Source: Novakomyces olei (taxonomy: Eukaryota). Taken from it: a stretch of 64,000 bases of DNA. The notes beneath the pieces were generated by a model. It saw only the letters and a list, made by a program, of their open reading frames with translations. It was not told where the DNA came from and did not search any database. Below, one piece after another: positions 1-16,845 of this stretch (positions within the stretch are counted from its first letter, which is position 1; every line of letters begins with the position of its first letter). The DNA is taken from positions 930,001 through 994,000 of the forward strand of contig JADEYG010000007.1 of NCBI GenBank assembly GCA_016906335.1, given 5' to 3'. The translations under genes were made by a program, and so were the position numbers.

Positions 1-304
1 TTGCGGGGCGACGTTGAGTAAGTAATAGTATGGGAGTGTATGACTGAAGGCGAAAAGAACTGAGACTAGAACTGATGATGATAATACTGAGAATAATAAT
101 TAATTAATTAATTAATTAATTAATTAATTAATTAAATAAAAAATCAACTAATTAATTATTAAAGTGCAATAGCTACAACTATAGTGTCCATGGACTTAAT
201 ACTATCGGATGCAATTTCATATGTAATAGTAAATTCAATGCGCGCAGAAAACAGTTCTATCATGTATCAAACGTCTGTAGGCAATGCATTTTATCATGAA
301 TGTA

Positions 305-2794
305 TCAAAGATCCCAAGCTACTCCGGCGAGTCCTGAAAGCAGCATGTAATACCACGCGAGACTGGCGCCATCGTCAATAAATGCTGATGTTCCCTGCGG
401 CCCCATTTTTTTCTCAGCCTGTTGCAGTAAACTGTAAGCCTCCTGAGGTCTAGAAATTCCGAGGTTTGTGATGAGTACGGACCACCAGCCGTGCATGACC
501 TCGGGCAAAAGACGTCCCTTTGTCTTTTCAACAATAATAGCCCATTCACGCTCTACGTATCCCTTATTACGCATATATACGGAGACAGGAAGGAGTGGAA
601 GCATATGGATCCCGTGTATGAACTCTGTATTGATACCGAAATAAGTGGCATAATCAATCTTGTTCATAAATCGTATACCACAAACCATATTACGACGGTA
701 AAACGCCTCCGGGAAGAACCGTTCCGGCCGAGCATAATCGAGTTGGTAATAAATCTGATTGCTGTGTTGCAGTATGGCCAATTGCACGGCCGCACGTGCC
801 TCTATAACTGTGTCGCCCACGACTTGGCCCCACAGTTTTTGAGCGTAGACTGACATGTAATCTTCAGAGCTGGATTCCTGGTCTTTTCCATCGCCCGACT
901 GTGTGATGCCCTGGGCCCACGAATGGCCGTTGTACCAGTCAAAGGACCTGGAGGCAGGAAAAGCAGTGTCTGTCTCTGATATATTAGCATAATCACGAAG
1001 TAATAGAGAGATCCATGGCCGGCAGACTTGAGCAAGAGCAGGGTCCAGTCTCACTGCAATTGCTGCGGCATAGACATAATATCCAAAGTGGAAATGATGG
1101 TCATTGTAAATGCCATTGCCGAAATCTGCACCAGGATCGTGCATGCCCTGCGTAGAGACAATCCCCCTGAACCTGTCGTCATACACAAGTGGACTATTGT
1201 CCGATTTATTAGCGGACAAGAGAGCAAACTCATGTCTCAAGGCTTCCATGGCCGACTGGTAAAGATCATTCAGGCCGACCGCGTGAGCCAACTGGCAAAG
1301 CTGTGCGAACCTCGCCAGTACTTTACCGGAAAAGTACCAACTGTGCCTGTTGCAAATCCCCCCACCGCCACTGGGGATTTTTAGTTCTATGCTGACCATC
1401 CGCCGAACATCTTGATAGGCGTTTTTTATATCGTCAACGCCCTCTGTCTCCCTGGCCGGGTCAGTTTGGTTTGCGGGACCAAAGCTGAGCGCGGAGGGCA
1501 CTGTGTGTTCAAAGGACCAGACATTGCCACTGATGCCACGGCCGTACCCAGAGGTGGGGGTAAACAGCTGCAGATCTGTTTGCTTTGCCCCCACCAGAGA
1601 CGGGGTCTGGTGGGGTAAAGCAAAGAGCAAAAGAGGCCTTGATGCATCACGCAAGGGCCCGGCAGCCGTCCAATTAAACTCGTAGGCAGCACGTGATCCA
1701 TGGACCCGGCCGGTAAGTTTGCAGCCGGCCGGATAAACGCCTGCGTGCTGATCGTAAACGGATTCAACATTGGGATTGTCCTTTGGCACTTTGGCAAACT
1801 GCACAAGACCAGAGAACCCAGATCCCTGCATTAACAGGCGCGAGCCTTGGCTAATGGCGAATTTGGGAGCAGGACGGCCATCCTCGCTAATGACGTACAC
1901 GACACAGATCTCTCCACTATTTAAACGGACACGGTACTTGTTACCGGACTGAGAGGCGGACCAGGGCAAATTCTCGAGGGACAGGATAGCGTGAGAGGTG
2001 ACAAGGACAGGTGTCAGATTGGAATACGTGGCAGAGGCAAAAGCCTGGCCCTGTACGAGGGTGAAATCAATACCCCCTCTGCCAATCTGCCATTTGGCAG
2101 AGACGGCAAACTGATCAACAGCTGCCACCTGCAGCCGGCCAAGATCGTGCTCAGCCTCGGCGGCAGAAAACCCCAGCATATTCCGTCCATTTGGCATAAA
2201 GCAGTATTGCGGATCGCCCTTACTGTCGTAACCCACAGTTTGGTCCTCCTTGTCGCTATGGCAAAAAGCAAGCGAGGGCAGAAACGTGTTGCCCGGATCA
2301 CGGCTCCAAAAAACCCTGTACGGCCCAAGAAAGGCGCACTGGTTACGGTCGGCGAGCAGTAAATTTATATAAAACTTGTTTGTCTCCAGAGGCCGAGCGC
2401 TGCTGAGCCAAGCCTCGTCGTGGAAGATGGGCGTCGGGTGCCGTTCGCGCTGAAGGTTAAAAGCCCGGCAGAAAGTCTCGGGAGTATCGACCGGGAGTGT
2501 AGGCTTAAAAATGTCGTCACAGTCCAGTTGAGCATTAGCTAAAGACGCGTCGCTAGAGTCTGTATAGTATGACATCCTCTCTACACTCGGCTGTGCCGGC
2601 TCTTCCAGCTTCGACTCCGTCTTGAGCATAGTCTGATTCTGGCCGGGGTAGTGGGAAAAGTGTTCAGCGTGCAGTCCCGCTTTGGCCTTTCGCCAGATTC
2701 GCGCCATTGTGCCCTCTGTCGGCGACGGCTTCGTGGCCCGTGGAACTTCAGGCGGAGTCTTATGCATAATTTCAGGCATAATATTTTCGCTCAT
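305..2794 (-). CDS. Endo-1,3-beta-glucanase, glycoside hydrolase family 81 (Eng1/Eng2/Acf2-like)
   Basis: Single-exon 829-aa ORF with GH81 motifs LETNKFY, DFGNGIYNDHHFHFGY, FDWYNGHSWAQG, DGKDQESSSED and FIHGIHMLP. No signal peptide, so more like the cytoplasmic Eng2/Acf2 type. Confidence 0.95.
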   Translation of the reverse strand: MSENIMPEIMHKTPPEVPRATKPSPTEGTMARIWRKAKAGLHAEHFSHYPGQNQTMLKTESKLEEPAQPSVERMSYYTDSSDASLANAQLDCDDIFKPTLPVDTPETFCRAFNLQRERHPTPIFHDEAWLSSARPLETNKFYINLLLADRNQCAFLGPYRVFWSRDPGNTFLPSLAFCHSDKEDQTVGYDSKGDPQYCFMPNGRNMLGFSAAEAEHDLGRLQVAAVDQFAVSAKWQIGRGGIDFTLVQGQAFASATYSNLTPVLVTSHAILSLENLPWSASQSGNKYRVRLNSGEICVVYVISEDGRPAPKFAISQGSRLLMQGSGFSGLVQFAKVPKDNPNVESVYDQHAGVYPAGCKLTGRVHGSRAAYEFNWTAAGPLRDASRPLLLFALPHQTPSLVGAKQTDLQLFTPTSGYGRGISGNVWSFEHTVPSALSFGPANQTDPARETEGVDDIKNAYQDVRRMVSIELKIPSGGGGICNRHSWYFSGKVLARFAQLCQLAHAVGLNDLYQSAMEALRHEFALLSANKSDNSPLVYDDRFRGIVSTQGMHDPGADFGNGIYNDHHFHFGYYVYAAAIAVRLDPALAQVCRPWISLLLRDYANISETDTAFPASRSFDWYNGHSWAQGITQSGDGKDQESSSEDYMSVYAQKLWGQVVGDTVIEARAAVQLAILQHSNQIYYQLDYARPERFFPEAFYRRNMVCGIRFMNKIDYATYFGINTEFIHGIHMLPLLPVSVYMRNKGYVEREWAIIVEKTKGRLLPEVMHGWWSVLITNLGISRPQEAYSLLQQAEKKMGPQGTSAFIDDGASLAWYYMLLSGLAGVAWDL

Positions 2795-3433
2795 TTTTTA
2801 CTGCCACAGGCGTAGAGCACTCAGTAGCAGACATTGGTGCTTTTATTCTCTTCGCTGTCCATTAGCTCACACTGCTTTACCAGATCTGCAGTGCCGTACA
2901 TTATAATCACGACTGTCTCACCGCGATTTAACCTTGTGACTCTAATTTAGGGTATTGCGGGAATATACGATAAGCCTGCACATGAGATGTATTGGTCTGT
3001 TATAACTTTTATTTAACTCATACTCATTTGCCAAATTACTGTCTTTACATGGATAATTCTGTCTCTACTTTACTTTCTGAAATCTCTTCTGAATTCTATA
3101 TTCTGTCTTTACCAGATCTATGTTTATATTTAATATATTGAATAATATATATATATCTCTCTAATCGCGCCTCTAAGCTTTGGGGGACCTTTATCGTTCG
3201 TTTCTACAGTCACATTGTTAATATCAATCAACCGTTCGAACTTTAAATATCACTTTAATAATTTATCAAGATGCATAATGTGTGTGAGCTATACGTCAGA
3301 GCTATATAATACGTGTGAGCTATAATACGCGTTGGTCATGTTTTACATATAATTAGAACGAGATCAGCGATGCATTACCATCGACAACTATAAAATCACG
3401 CAAAAACAATAAACCCAATTACGCTTGTAAACG

Positions 3434-6400
3434 CTAAGCAATTCCAAGCTGCAGTTTCAATTCTGCTACACGTTTGTTTAGCCGTTTCTGCTCGGCAAAC
3501 AGCTTCTCTAGTGTAACGCGTCCCGACGCGTCAGACACTAGCGACAAGAGTTGATCATTGATTGTCTGCCGTTAGCCAAGGACGAGATTGCTCATGCATT
3601 CGATAGCATGAAATTAAACAAAATATAGTAATCAAAATAAACACTCTAGTGGGAAGTAAACGACCAATTAAGAGATTAATCAAAATTAGAAAAGACTCAA
3701 AATTTGACAGGAATCCATGTCAACAAAGACAATTATTACCTCGTATAAAACCTCCATTTCCTCTGACAAATCTTCGTATAGCGAAATAAAAGGATTGGGT
3801 ACAGGCGCAATATCCAGCACATTTGTAATGTTCGATGGCCCAAGTCGCTCTGCCGGCTCTGCCGATGGTTGTGTAACCTGTCTTGCCTCCAAAAACGGTT
3901 CGCTCGGCAGTAACTGCCGCGATAGATTAGACATAGACCGTTTTGCACTTTTCGGCGAAGGCGAAGGCAAAGGCAAAAGCAACGTGTTGGACGACGGCTC
4001 CGGCAGCACTTTGTTCAAGTCCTGGAAACTATAAGATCGAGGCATACTTGCCAAGGGAGCTACCTGCGCCGGGTCAGGTAGAGATTCACCGTAGCTGCTC
4101 GTAGACGAGCCTGAGCGCGATAATACTATATCAGGTCTTTCTATCAGCAAATTCATCAAGTTTATCTCAACAGCATCAGTAAGACCGAGTGCTTCAAAAC
4201 ACATGGAAAGAAGTAGATCGCGCTTGCTTGCCGGCACTTTTGAGCTGAGAGAGTTTATGGATTCGGCCGTCAGTTCGATCATACGCGCTGTCTCTGATGG
4301 GATGAGCTGTAACGCTAATTTTAATTTGTTTGTTTGTGCATCAGATAAATGTGGCACGCCTGGGGATTAGTTTAAAAAGACAAAGAAAAAATCTAAAGAA
4401 TAACACAAAAAGGACGCAACGACGGAAGAATAACGGAGAATAAAATTAGAAAAAGGCTCCACATACTCGCACGAATTTCAGGCTCCAAGCTATCAACACC
4501 CAAATCAAACTTGCATTGTTTTGCAATCACTCGGCTCAAGAATATGACAAAAGAGTCCAAGACTACGGAGGGCGGGCTACCAACAAGGGCATAGTCTCTT
4601 TGCGGGTCCTTGGCTATAGCGTTGCAAAGCTGCAAACTAGCATCTTGGTCATTTGCGGTTGCTCCAGACCAATCAAAATCTCAGATTAGCACTACAAAAA
4701 GTCAATATTTCAATATTCACTTACCGTGCATCTCGAGGAAAGAAGTCAAGTAGGTGCGTAAGCATATTACTGCTTTCTCAGTGCGCCTTACAAGCGTGAA
4801 GTCAGTGTAAGCCAGACCGGGTGTACTTGTCTCGATGGAGAAAGTAGGCGAAGGTGAGCGCGAGTCTCTCCGTTGAGTGGGTGAAGGCAAAAAGGCCGAT
4901 AAACGTTTTACTGGCGAAGACGGCCCATTAAAGGGAACCTTGCCACCGTCTCCGTCCCTCAATAACTGTAGTAATTTATCATTCCATTTTTTGGAGCGCT
5001 CATTGTTGAACAACGAGCCAGGACTGAATATTGTCGACAGTATTTTCAAAACTATACGGGTCAGTCTTTATTCAAAAGTAAAATACTAGGAAACAACTAG
5101 GCAATCAAATCAATAGCAAATAAGCGAAACGAATTAACAAGAGTTATTAAAATTATTTAAATAAAGGGGTAAAAAGGAAAAAATAATAAGTTAATAAAGG
5201 GAAAAAAATTAAAATGAAAGTCAGGTATTGTAAATTAATTTGTTTAGCCATATTGATTAAACTTCATATCGCTCAAAATCGACTCACTTTCTTGATGTAG
5301 CAGATCGCCCATACGCTCGCTATCGATAAAGGTTGTACTAGGCTGTGGAATATGAGCATTTTCGATAGCGATACTCAGTGTATCAGCGTCGAGATGGTGG
5401 CACACAAGGAAAATAGTATTCTGCCTACTGTTCACCAGCGCAGAAAGAATATCATCCGTAGGATCGATCAGCACTGTGAACTGCGGTTTCGTTAGTCCAT
5501 CATCTTCATCCTCTATATCACTAAAAGTCTGATGTGCGATAAAATAAGTCCTTGGGTCTCGTGCGACTGTGGTGATGGTAGAATTTGGGTGTGAATGTAC
5601 TGCTTCAGCACGCCAAAACGCTTCAGCAAAAGAATTCAATAATTCTGGTGCGTCTAGTACAAATCTTGCACATCCTAATCCCAGAATCTGGTTCTTTTGA
5701 GAGTGCAACCACAGATTATCGCCGCCATTATCGGAATGAAAAGCTTGCAGGCCGCTTATATCGTGATATTCTATAAAAGAAGCAAAGCGTATAGAATTCC
5801 GTCTGCGTCCAACAGTAGTGCCTGACAACGACGATGGCTTAGAGCTTATTAGCGGCGCAAAGGCTGTATCTTTCCGTCGCTTTAAAACGCATAAATAATC
5901 ATTAAAAAGTAGGAGAGTTAAATGGCCATATGAGCTTATTGTTTCCTCAACGTCTATTGCGCTAAGCAAAGTACGCGAGCTGGAAACTAACTCTGGTGGG
6001 AAATCCGTGACTGTAGAGGTAAGGAAGAAAAATATGCTCGATCTTTCACCTGCACCCATTTCCTGCATTTGCGCAATGCTGCGTACGGCGACTAGCGCGC
6101 TTTTGCAAAGGGGCATCATGTCTGAATTTTGAGAGAGGTTTCTCTTAATGTCTAGGTTCTCGTCAGTTTCTTTTTGGAAAAAATCAAGAGTTTATTCTTT
6201 TTATTTGTGTATTGAAGGACGAGGAAAAAGAAAAGAAAAAGAAAAGAATGGCTTTGCTTACTCTCAAAGAACAATGAGTAACGCGGAATACGTTGCACTG
6301 GCTCCATAATAAGCTCTCTAAGGCTGACGTGGAGCTGAGATCCCTTTTTCCGGCCATCACAGAATCTTTTCATCTTTTTATTGTTAAAGCAAGCCTTAAG

Positions 6401-7620
6401 TACCTGTTCAAAGAGGAGACTTTGCTCCAGGTACTTTGAGTATGGGACTTTGAACGATTCAAACTATTGGATTTGTCAGTATGAATAAGATACATTGTAC
6501 TCACGTATTCCTTGCACACGGTCAGAGCACGGTCGTCTGTAAGACAATTCTGCAAGGCATCAAGAAAAGACTGATTGAGCTCTAAAATCTCAGATATAAC
6601 AACGGGGAAAAGGCTGTTCAACTCATAGACGCTCAGCATGGCCGTCTTTGTAGATCGCACACTTTCACGCAGCGGCACTGCATAATCCTGGACGAGATGG
6701 TTCAACTTCCTCACATAGTTTGCCTCTGTAACTATTAGCTCTTCAACAAACTCGTGCACCCGCTCAGCCGCATCTTCGTCCGGAGAGCCTTTAGACAGTT
6801 TCCTTGAATGCCCTCTGTGCACTTGGCCGACTCCCGAATTCTCGCAGGAATATCCCAGCTCTTTCAAAAGCTGCAAAATTATAGGCGGACTTGTATCACT
6901 TTCCTGCCGTAGAACAGCAAAAGCAGCGTATCTTGTAGCCCGGCTCTCATAATACTCGAAAAGCTTTGCCGTTACCCTTCTTTGTTTCCTGTACATACAC
7001 ATATGGCGTACAATTTCAGCAGCCCGGGAAAGAGCAACAGCACTTTTCCCATGGCGGCCCAAGTAGTAAGCAACTGCTATAGCCAAAGCGCCAAATTGTT
7101 CACGTAAATTTTGTGGCAGCAATCCTACTGCCGCTGTGAAAGGCGCCTGCGCTTCGATACCGAGCGGAGATATCGCTTTCTGCCCAAGACGCGATACAAT
7201 AAAAGCGTGAATTGTGCCATCATCATCCTGCTTGATTGTAACATGTATATGGCCGAGATCAGAGTCAGTTGCATAGTAGTGAACGTGGCCTACCAATTAG
7301 AAAAAGATACAAAGCTGTAGCGGCAAACGATTAAAGCGAAAAACAAAAGAGAAAACGTCTATTAGTTTTTAACCTGAACTATATGCAATCGTGTTCGATG
7401 CTAGAATACCTTCATAAAACCCGCGCACCCTTTCAAAGAGCCGTGGAAGTGTCTGCTTTGGTGTAGCGTCCATTAGCCCATCAAACTCGCGTGGCTCTGT
7501 TGCCATGGTAGAATTTGTCCTTTCTGAGGCTGTATCAGTGCGGTCGAAAAGGCGATTACCACGGACCGGCCGTGGTAATTCGCCACGGCCTGGTGAGAGC
7601 GAGGCGACAGACAAAGGCAT
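3434..7620 (-). CDS. gef2: DH-domain RhoGEF, Gef2/Bud3 family (multi-exon)
   Basis: DH motifs ELIVTEANYVRKL and LRELIMEPVQRIPRYSL. About 7 GT-AG introns join ORF pieces 7369-7620, 6370-7296, 6152-6373, 5244-6119, 4717-5049, 4393-4635 and 3686-4357 to a final coiled-coil exon ending in TAG at 3434. Confidence 0.8.
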
Positions 7621-8504
7621 TTATTTCCAGCCTACCACGCTCATTGTCTTTGTTTATTTAGGGCCGTTGCTATCGCGCCCCAGTGTTACTTGAATATCGT
7701 GTTTCGAGCTATACGCGTTGCTGGGTAAGATATGTCATACAGTAACTGGAACTGTATACATGTATAATATGGGATATGTTTTATTATGGGGCACTCGCTC
7801 AATTAACGACTTTAAATTGATTTGAACGAGACACCTTGGGAAGATTAATTGTCGATGTGCGGTATATTTTGTTTGAGATCCGAGGTATCTAGTCAGGAAA
7901 CCAATCATTTTAATCCGCGATATATAGAGCGATATATTAAAACAAAAAGTTGACGTTTTTAATTCTGTAAGCATGATAAGCATGCTTGGAATACTTTTAT
8001 ACATTTAGCTGCCAAAAGCAGCTGAGTTTATGTTTAAGATAAAATCAATGTCAATTGTAGGCGTTCCGGCTTGTAGAGTTGTCGGGACAGCTGGTCCGTG
8101 AAGAATTTTATGTGCCAAAGCCATTGTGCCATAAACATATAAAACAGTTTTCCTGCTGTAAAACAAACTGAATATAATTGTGGATTATTAGGTCTGAACA
8201 AGGTGATACACACAATCGCCACGTAGACTTGCCAATACCCCAATCAAATTATAGCAACAATTTTTATACATCCAGTCGTGTTCTCTTACCAAAAACTCAG
8301 CAAAGAGTAACATCAAATTAAAACAATTAATCGCATTAATCGCACAAGAAGCCTCGCGTACCACGAATATTAGACTATTTGATTAATTATAATTATATTA
8401 ATTTAATATTAGCATCAGCGCGCAGACGTATCAATGTGCACAAAGGCATGACGCCGCAATAGCCAACTTTTGTCTTTGCAAAATGTGACAAATCACCTGC
8501 GGTA

Positions 8505-10358
8505 ATGAATCGGTGCATTATTGCTCTTGATCTTGATTTTTTCTATGGACAGGTGGAACAATTGAGCGATCCGCGTTTGGTCAATGTGCCGTTTGCTGTT
8601 CAGCAAAAGCATATCATTGTCACCTGTAATTACCTGGCTCGGGATCGCAATGTTCGTAAATTGCAGCTTCTAACGGAAGCAAAGAAATTGTGCCCTGAGT
8701 TAGTAGTTGTAAATGGAGAAGATATTTCGCGTTACCGTACAGCGTCACGCGAGATATTCCATCTTTTACAACAAGAGCTTGGCCCACGAGTGCCTATTGA
8801 ACGACTGGGACTGGACGAGTTTTTCCTCGACGTGACTGCCGTTTGTAGGAGCTTGGCAAGTAGCGACGAAGGCAAATTGGACCTTGGTCAAAACCTGTGG
8901 ACTCATCTCGATCAGACTTGGGGAGAAGGAGACGTGAGTGGGGGCCGTTCAAGGAGGGGAAGCCTTAGTGAGACCGATCAAACTGACGGCAATTATGATG
9001 CAGATTTGCCCGAAAAGCCAGTTTCCAGACAGGAAGATGATCAGAGGATGGATGCATTTGTATTGGGAAGCGCCATAGACGCCGACTACTCCAAGGCAGG
9101 GGCCTTGGCAAGGGCCATACGCAAAATGGTCCGTAAAAGCCTTGGCTTCACGATGTGTGCTGGTATTTGCCACAATAAATTATTGGCAAAGCTAGCATGT
9201 GGTTTTCATAAACCTAATTGCCAAACTCTTTTGCTAGCAGACGCGGTAAATACGATACTGCAGGACACTGCGGTCAAACGCCTCAATGGATTCGGAGCTA
9301 AAAGTCTCAAAGTCCTCTATGAAAGGCTATTGGGTCCGGCTGACCGGGGTGCGCATGTTCTTGTTGATATTTTTGATGAGCAGGATTCGAAACCAATGTC
9401 TAAAGAAAGACATGAAGTAATACAGAGCTATACTACAGAGCTTACAATAGGCCGTGTTCGAAGCGAGACAAGTATGCACGATTTTTGCTCTTGGTTTGGA
9501 GATAAAAAGGGCCACGAGCTATGGTATCTGCTCGAGGGAATAGACGAGTCACCGGTTGTTCATGCTCCACCTTTTGCCAGTACTGTATCCGTAGAAGATT
9601 CCTTTCGGCATTGCTCTACAATTGGCGAAGCAAGAGAACGCTTGTTCGACTTGTGCAAAGCATTTATTATTCGAATAGGTCAAGAACTGACGAGCAAAGC
9701 GGATGGAGACGCGGAAGCAGATCAAGAATCAAATTCGATTTCTGTCGAAACTGTTCATAATAGTTCTCCTGCTATTTCCTCAAACTGGGCCAGGTACCCA
9801 CAAAAGTGTCGGCTTACTGTACGGACCCGTGACCCTACACTATCAGAGGAACGGCAGTGGTTTGCCCGTCGGCGGAGCTGCTCTTTACCTATGCCGGCCG
9901 ATGTTTTTGTCAGGTCACTACCCGTCTCTAAAAGAGCTCAGATTCTTTTACAAGGCCCTGTTATGCGATGCTTTCGGCGATTAGTCTCAGAGCCTTTTGA
10001 TATATCTTTGTTTAATATTGCTGGCACTTCAATGTCGCTTGAACCACCATACTTTATAGCAGCTGCTTTCACTTCACGCGATAGCAAAGCAGGCGCTATC
10101 ACCTCATTTTCAAAGCCAAATGGAATTGCTGTGGATGTATGGGAAAGTTTACCGCAAAGTATCAAACATGAACTGACAAGAGATCGCGATATTGCCGCTC
10201 TTAACGGGGCAGACATAAAAGACAATGAAGGAGACAATTGCAGTGGGGATAGCGGTACAAGTGAGGCGGATGACGCGGAGTTCGTAAAGTGTCGGGGTTG
10301 TGGATTGCGAATTGAGAGGTACCAGCAAGAGTTTCACAACCAGCTGCACCGTCATTGA
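8505..10358 (+). CDS. Y-family translesion DNA polymerase, iota-type
   Basis: IIALDLDFFYGQVE, VQQKHIIVTCNY, VNGED and IERLGLDEFFLDVT are Pol iota-like IMS motifs. The C-terminus has a UBM-like PNGIAVDVWESLPQSIKHEL and a UBZ-like CxxC...HxxxH. Intronless. Confidence 0.9.
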   Translation: MNRCIIALDLDFFYGQVEQLSDPRLVNVPFAVQQKHIIVTCNYLARDRNVRKLQLLTEAKKLCPELVVVNGEDISRYRTASREIFHLLQQELGPRVPIERLGLDEFFLDVTAVCRSLASSDEGKLDLGQNLWTHLDQTWGEGDVSGGRSRRGSLSETDQTDGNYDADLPEKPVSRQEDDQRMDAFVLGSAIDADYSKAGALARAIRKMVRKSLGFTMCAGICHNKLLAKLACGFHKPNCQTLLLADAVNTILQDTAVKRLNGFGAKSLKVLYERLLGPADRGAHVLVDIFDEQDSKPMSKERHEVIQSYTTELTIGRVRSETSMHDFCSWFGDKKGHELWYLLEGIDESPVVHAPPFASTVSVEDSFRHCSTIGEARERLFDLCKAFIIRIGQELTSKADGDAEADQESNSISVETVHNSSPAISSNWARYPQKCRLTVRTRDPTLSEERQWFARRRSCSLPMPADVFVRSLPVSKRAQILLQGPVMRCFRRLVSEPFDISLFNIAGTSMSLEPPYFIAAAFTSRDSKAGAITSFSKPNGIAVDVWESLPQSIKHELTRDRDIAALNGADIKDNEGDNCSGDSGTSEADDAEFVKCRGCGLRIERYQQEFHNQLHRH

Positions 10359-10638
10359 TGCCATCTATAGCCGGTTCAAGGCAATTATATGTTTTCTTTT
10401 GTAATTATTTAAGACTAGACTGTGGATAAATTGGCTTGATATTGGTATTTCTGGCGATTGGAGTGCAAATGAGTAATGCCTTGATTTGTGCTATTGAGCT
10501 TTACTTTTGCATTAGTGTCACTTTGAGTTTGGAGTAGTAGTAGACAGCGTACTGTACAAGTTCAGTATAAAAGTCAGGTTAATCAGGGTGTACAGGCGTT
10601 TCAATTACGGTGTATTATAATTATACGAAAATAATTCC

Positions 10639-10950
<312 letters not shown>

Positions 10951-11035
10951 ATAAATTAATAAATAAATAATAGTTAATTAATTAGTGATATGCTGAATCG
11001 CTATCGTCACGGTCCTTTCAGCCAAGCCTAAGCAG

Positions 11036-12369
11036 ATGGACGCGACGCCTTTGTTGGTAAACGTGGGCTATATTGACGAATATCAACTATTACAGATTCC
11101 AGAAGAATTGGTGCAAGACTTGGAATCTGGTTCCCAGTAACGTTGCTCTCGCTTATTTATTTTCATTTTGCTATTCCAGTCTTTGTGCTCTCAACTTCTA
11201 ATCTTTGGAAAGAATAGTACTAAAAGGCGGTCGCCAAGACGGTCAGGATGGAACGGTACTCTGCACGCGCGAGAAAACTTATAGACTGCGCGATATAGTA
11301 CAGTCAAATGCATTATTGCTGGCTTCTCCCCGTCAAAATGGCCTTTTGATGCGTGGGATTGGACGCGCGTATTTGGAGCTCGAAGATCCAGTAGGGACGC
11401 GTCTTGATGTCTTAAAGGTTTTGCCTGTTTACGAAGGAGCCATTAGTGATCGGACGCGTAATACAATAACACGAACGTTGCTATATGATGCGCTACCAGC
11501 GTCGGCTCGAGAAATCGACAATGCTCTGCGGCAGCACTGTATTGCAGAGTTTGAGGATGGTAAGATGAAGCGGCACGTAGAGTACTGCTGCAAATGATTT
11601 CGCCGTCCAATTGAGCTCAAGTACCAAATAAAATTTCAACCAAAGGGATCTGATTTCTGGAAGAGCATTTATCTGCTTTGTTTCAAGCTCATAACGATCA
11701 ATTTTAATCATTTTAATTTAAATTTACACTAACGTATCAGAGAGTCTATGGGTTATAAGCGACAATTGCACGAGTGAATGCTTACAGAATATTGTACTGT
11801 CACTGTGTGCCGCTCAACTCTCTCTATCCGCTTTCACATTAGAAAGCGTATTGGCTGCCTGCAAGGACAGTGAAGAATCGCCTGCTGTTTTACGTGCAGT
11901 AGTATCATACTTTTCGCAGACAAATAGTCCCAAAGGTATAAGCCCATCACTTGCGCTTGACACGCTGCGTATTAGCAGTTGGACAGGTATCCGGCTGCTC
12001 AAAATTCGATGCCGCTCCTCTCCATCAGTTGGAATAGACGAGTTTATGGATGAATGGCGAAGACAATTGCCTCCGCCTTTAAGGGACGAAATCAAGCTAG
12101 AAATGGTCCAGTTGAGTGGACAGTACCTCGTCGATTCAAGTGGGAAAGTGATCTACTTTCCCACCACAGCACTGCCCAACGAAGCATCAGCCCGTTACGC
12201 ATTTCTATTCCGAAAATGTGAAAAATGGCTGCTCAGTGATCTGTGGCCATACGTCTCTGACTTAGGGCCTACAAGAGCCCGTGCTGAGGCTTTAATGTTA
12301 AAATACGTAAGAAAACATTCGGAACATGGCCGACAGTACGTGACGGCTCGTAGCAAATGGGTACATTAG
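11036..12369 (+). CDS. dcc1: Sister chromatid cohesion protein Dcc1 (Ctf18-RFC subunit), 3 exons
   Basis: ATG at 11036 (YQLLQIPEEL), then VLCTREKTYRLRDIVQSNALLL, and a C-terminal LPNEASARYAFLF..W..DLWPYVSDL. Introns at 11137-11212 and about 11560-11720. Confidence 0.9.
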
Positions 12370-12667
12370 GGGAAGGGCATGGATGATTTGCATATTATCA
12401 CGGGATACTACTGTTGTATTGTATGCTTTTCCTTTCCTTTCTTTGAAAATATTTACATGTATATTTAGCGGGGAACAATATATGAATATGCGATGACTGG
12501 GTTTTTGATGAACAGAAAATAGTCGAATTGGTCTACAACACTAGTGTTAAAATTATATATAAATTGCATTTTAATATTGGCCTTTTACCATCGCTTTAAA
12601 CGAAACTCGATGCATCTTGCCATTGCTGATACTGTTTGAGAATTATAATTGCCTCTCTATGTACAAA

Positions 12668-16495
<3,828 letters not shown>

Positions 16496-16685
16496 TTCGT
16501 CAGGCGCGCGACTGTTTTCCACACACTTGGGCCGTTGCGGGATGTGTATCCTATACAGAATAGTATGTCGAGTTAAGTGAGTGTTTATAAATTAGTATGG
16601 GGCGAAATGTTAGTTAATACTAGAGCCGTATAGACGTATTCAGGCGCTTATGTACAAGTTTTAGTTTTATTTGTAATAGAGACAG

Positions 16686-16845
16686 TAAGGTACTTTTTAG
16701 TGTACTTTTGTAATGTACTTTGTAGCGTACTTAGTGTACTTTGTAGTGTACTAAAGTGTACTATGTAGTGTACTAAGTACTTTGTAGTGTACTAAAGTGT
16801 ACTTTGTAGTTGTTAAAGTGTACGTTGTAGTGTACTTTAGAGTGT
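16686..16845. repeat. Degenerate 10-12 bp minisatellite (GTGTACTTTGTA / GTGTACTAAA)
   Basis: Roughly a dozen GTAC-core units upstream of bun107. Confidence 0.9.

Noticed and set aside
3207-3214. HomolD box CAGTCACA
   Set aside because: A single occurrence about 400 bp from the ATG of a non-ribosomal gene, compatible with chance.
6374-6403. 30-nt GT...AAG intron in gef2
   Set aside because: It reads through in frame as plausible DH-domain sequence, so no intron is needed.
12578-12592. U5 snRNA loop I (GCCTTTTAC)
   Set aside because: No closing stem or Sm site; it lies in convergent 3' UTRs.
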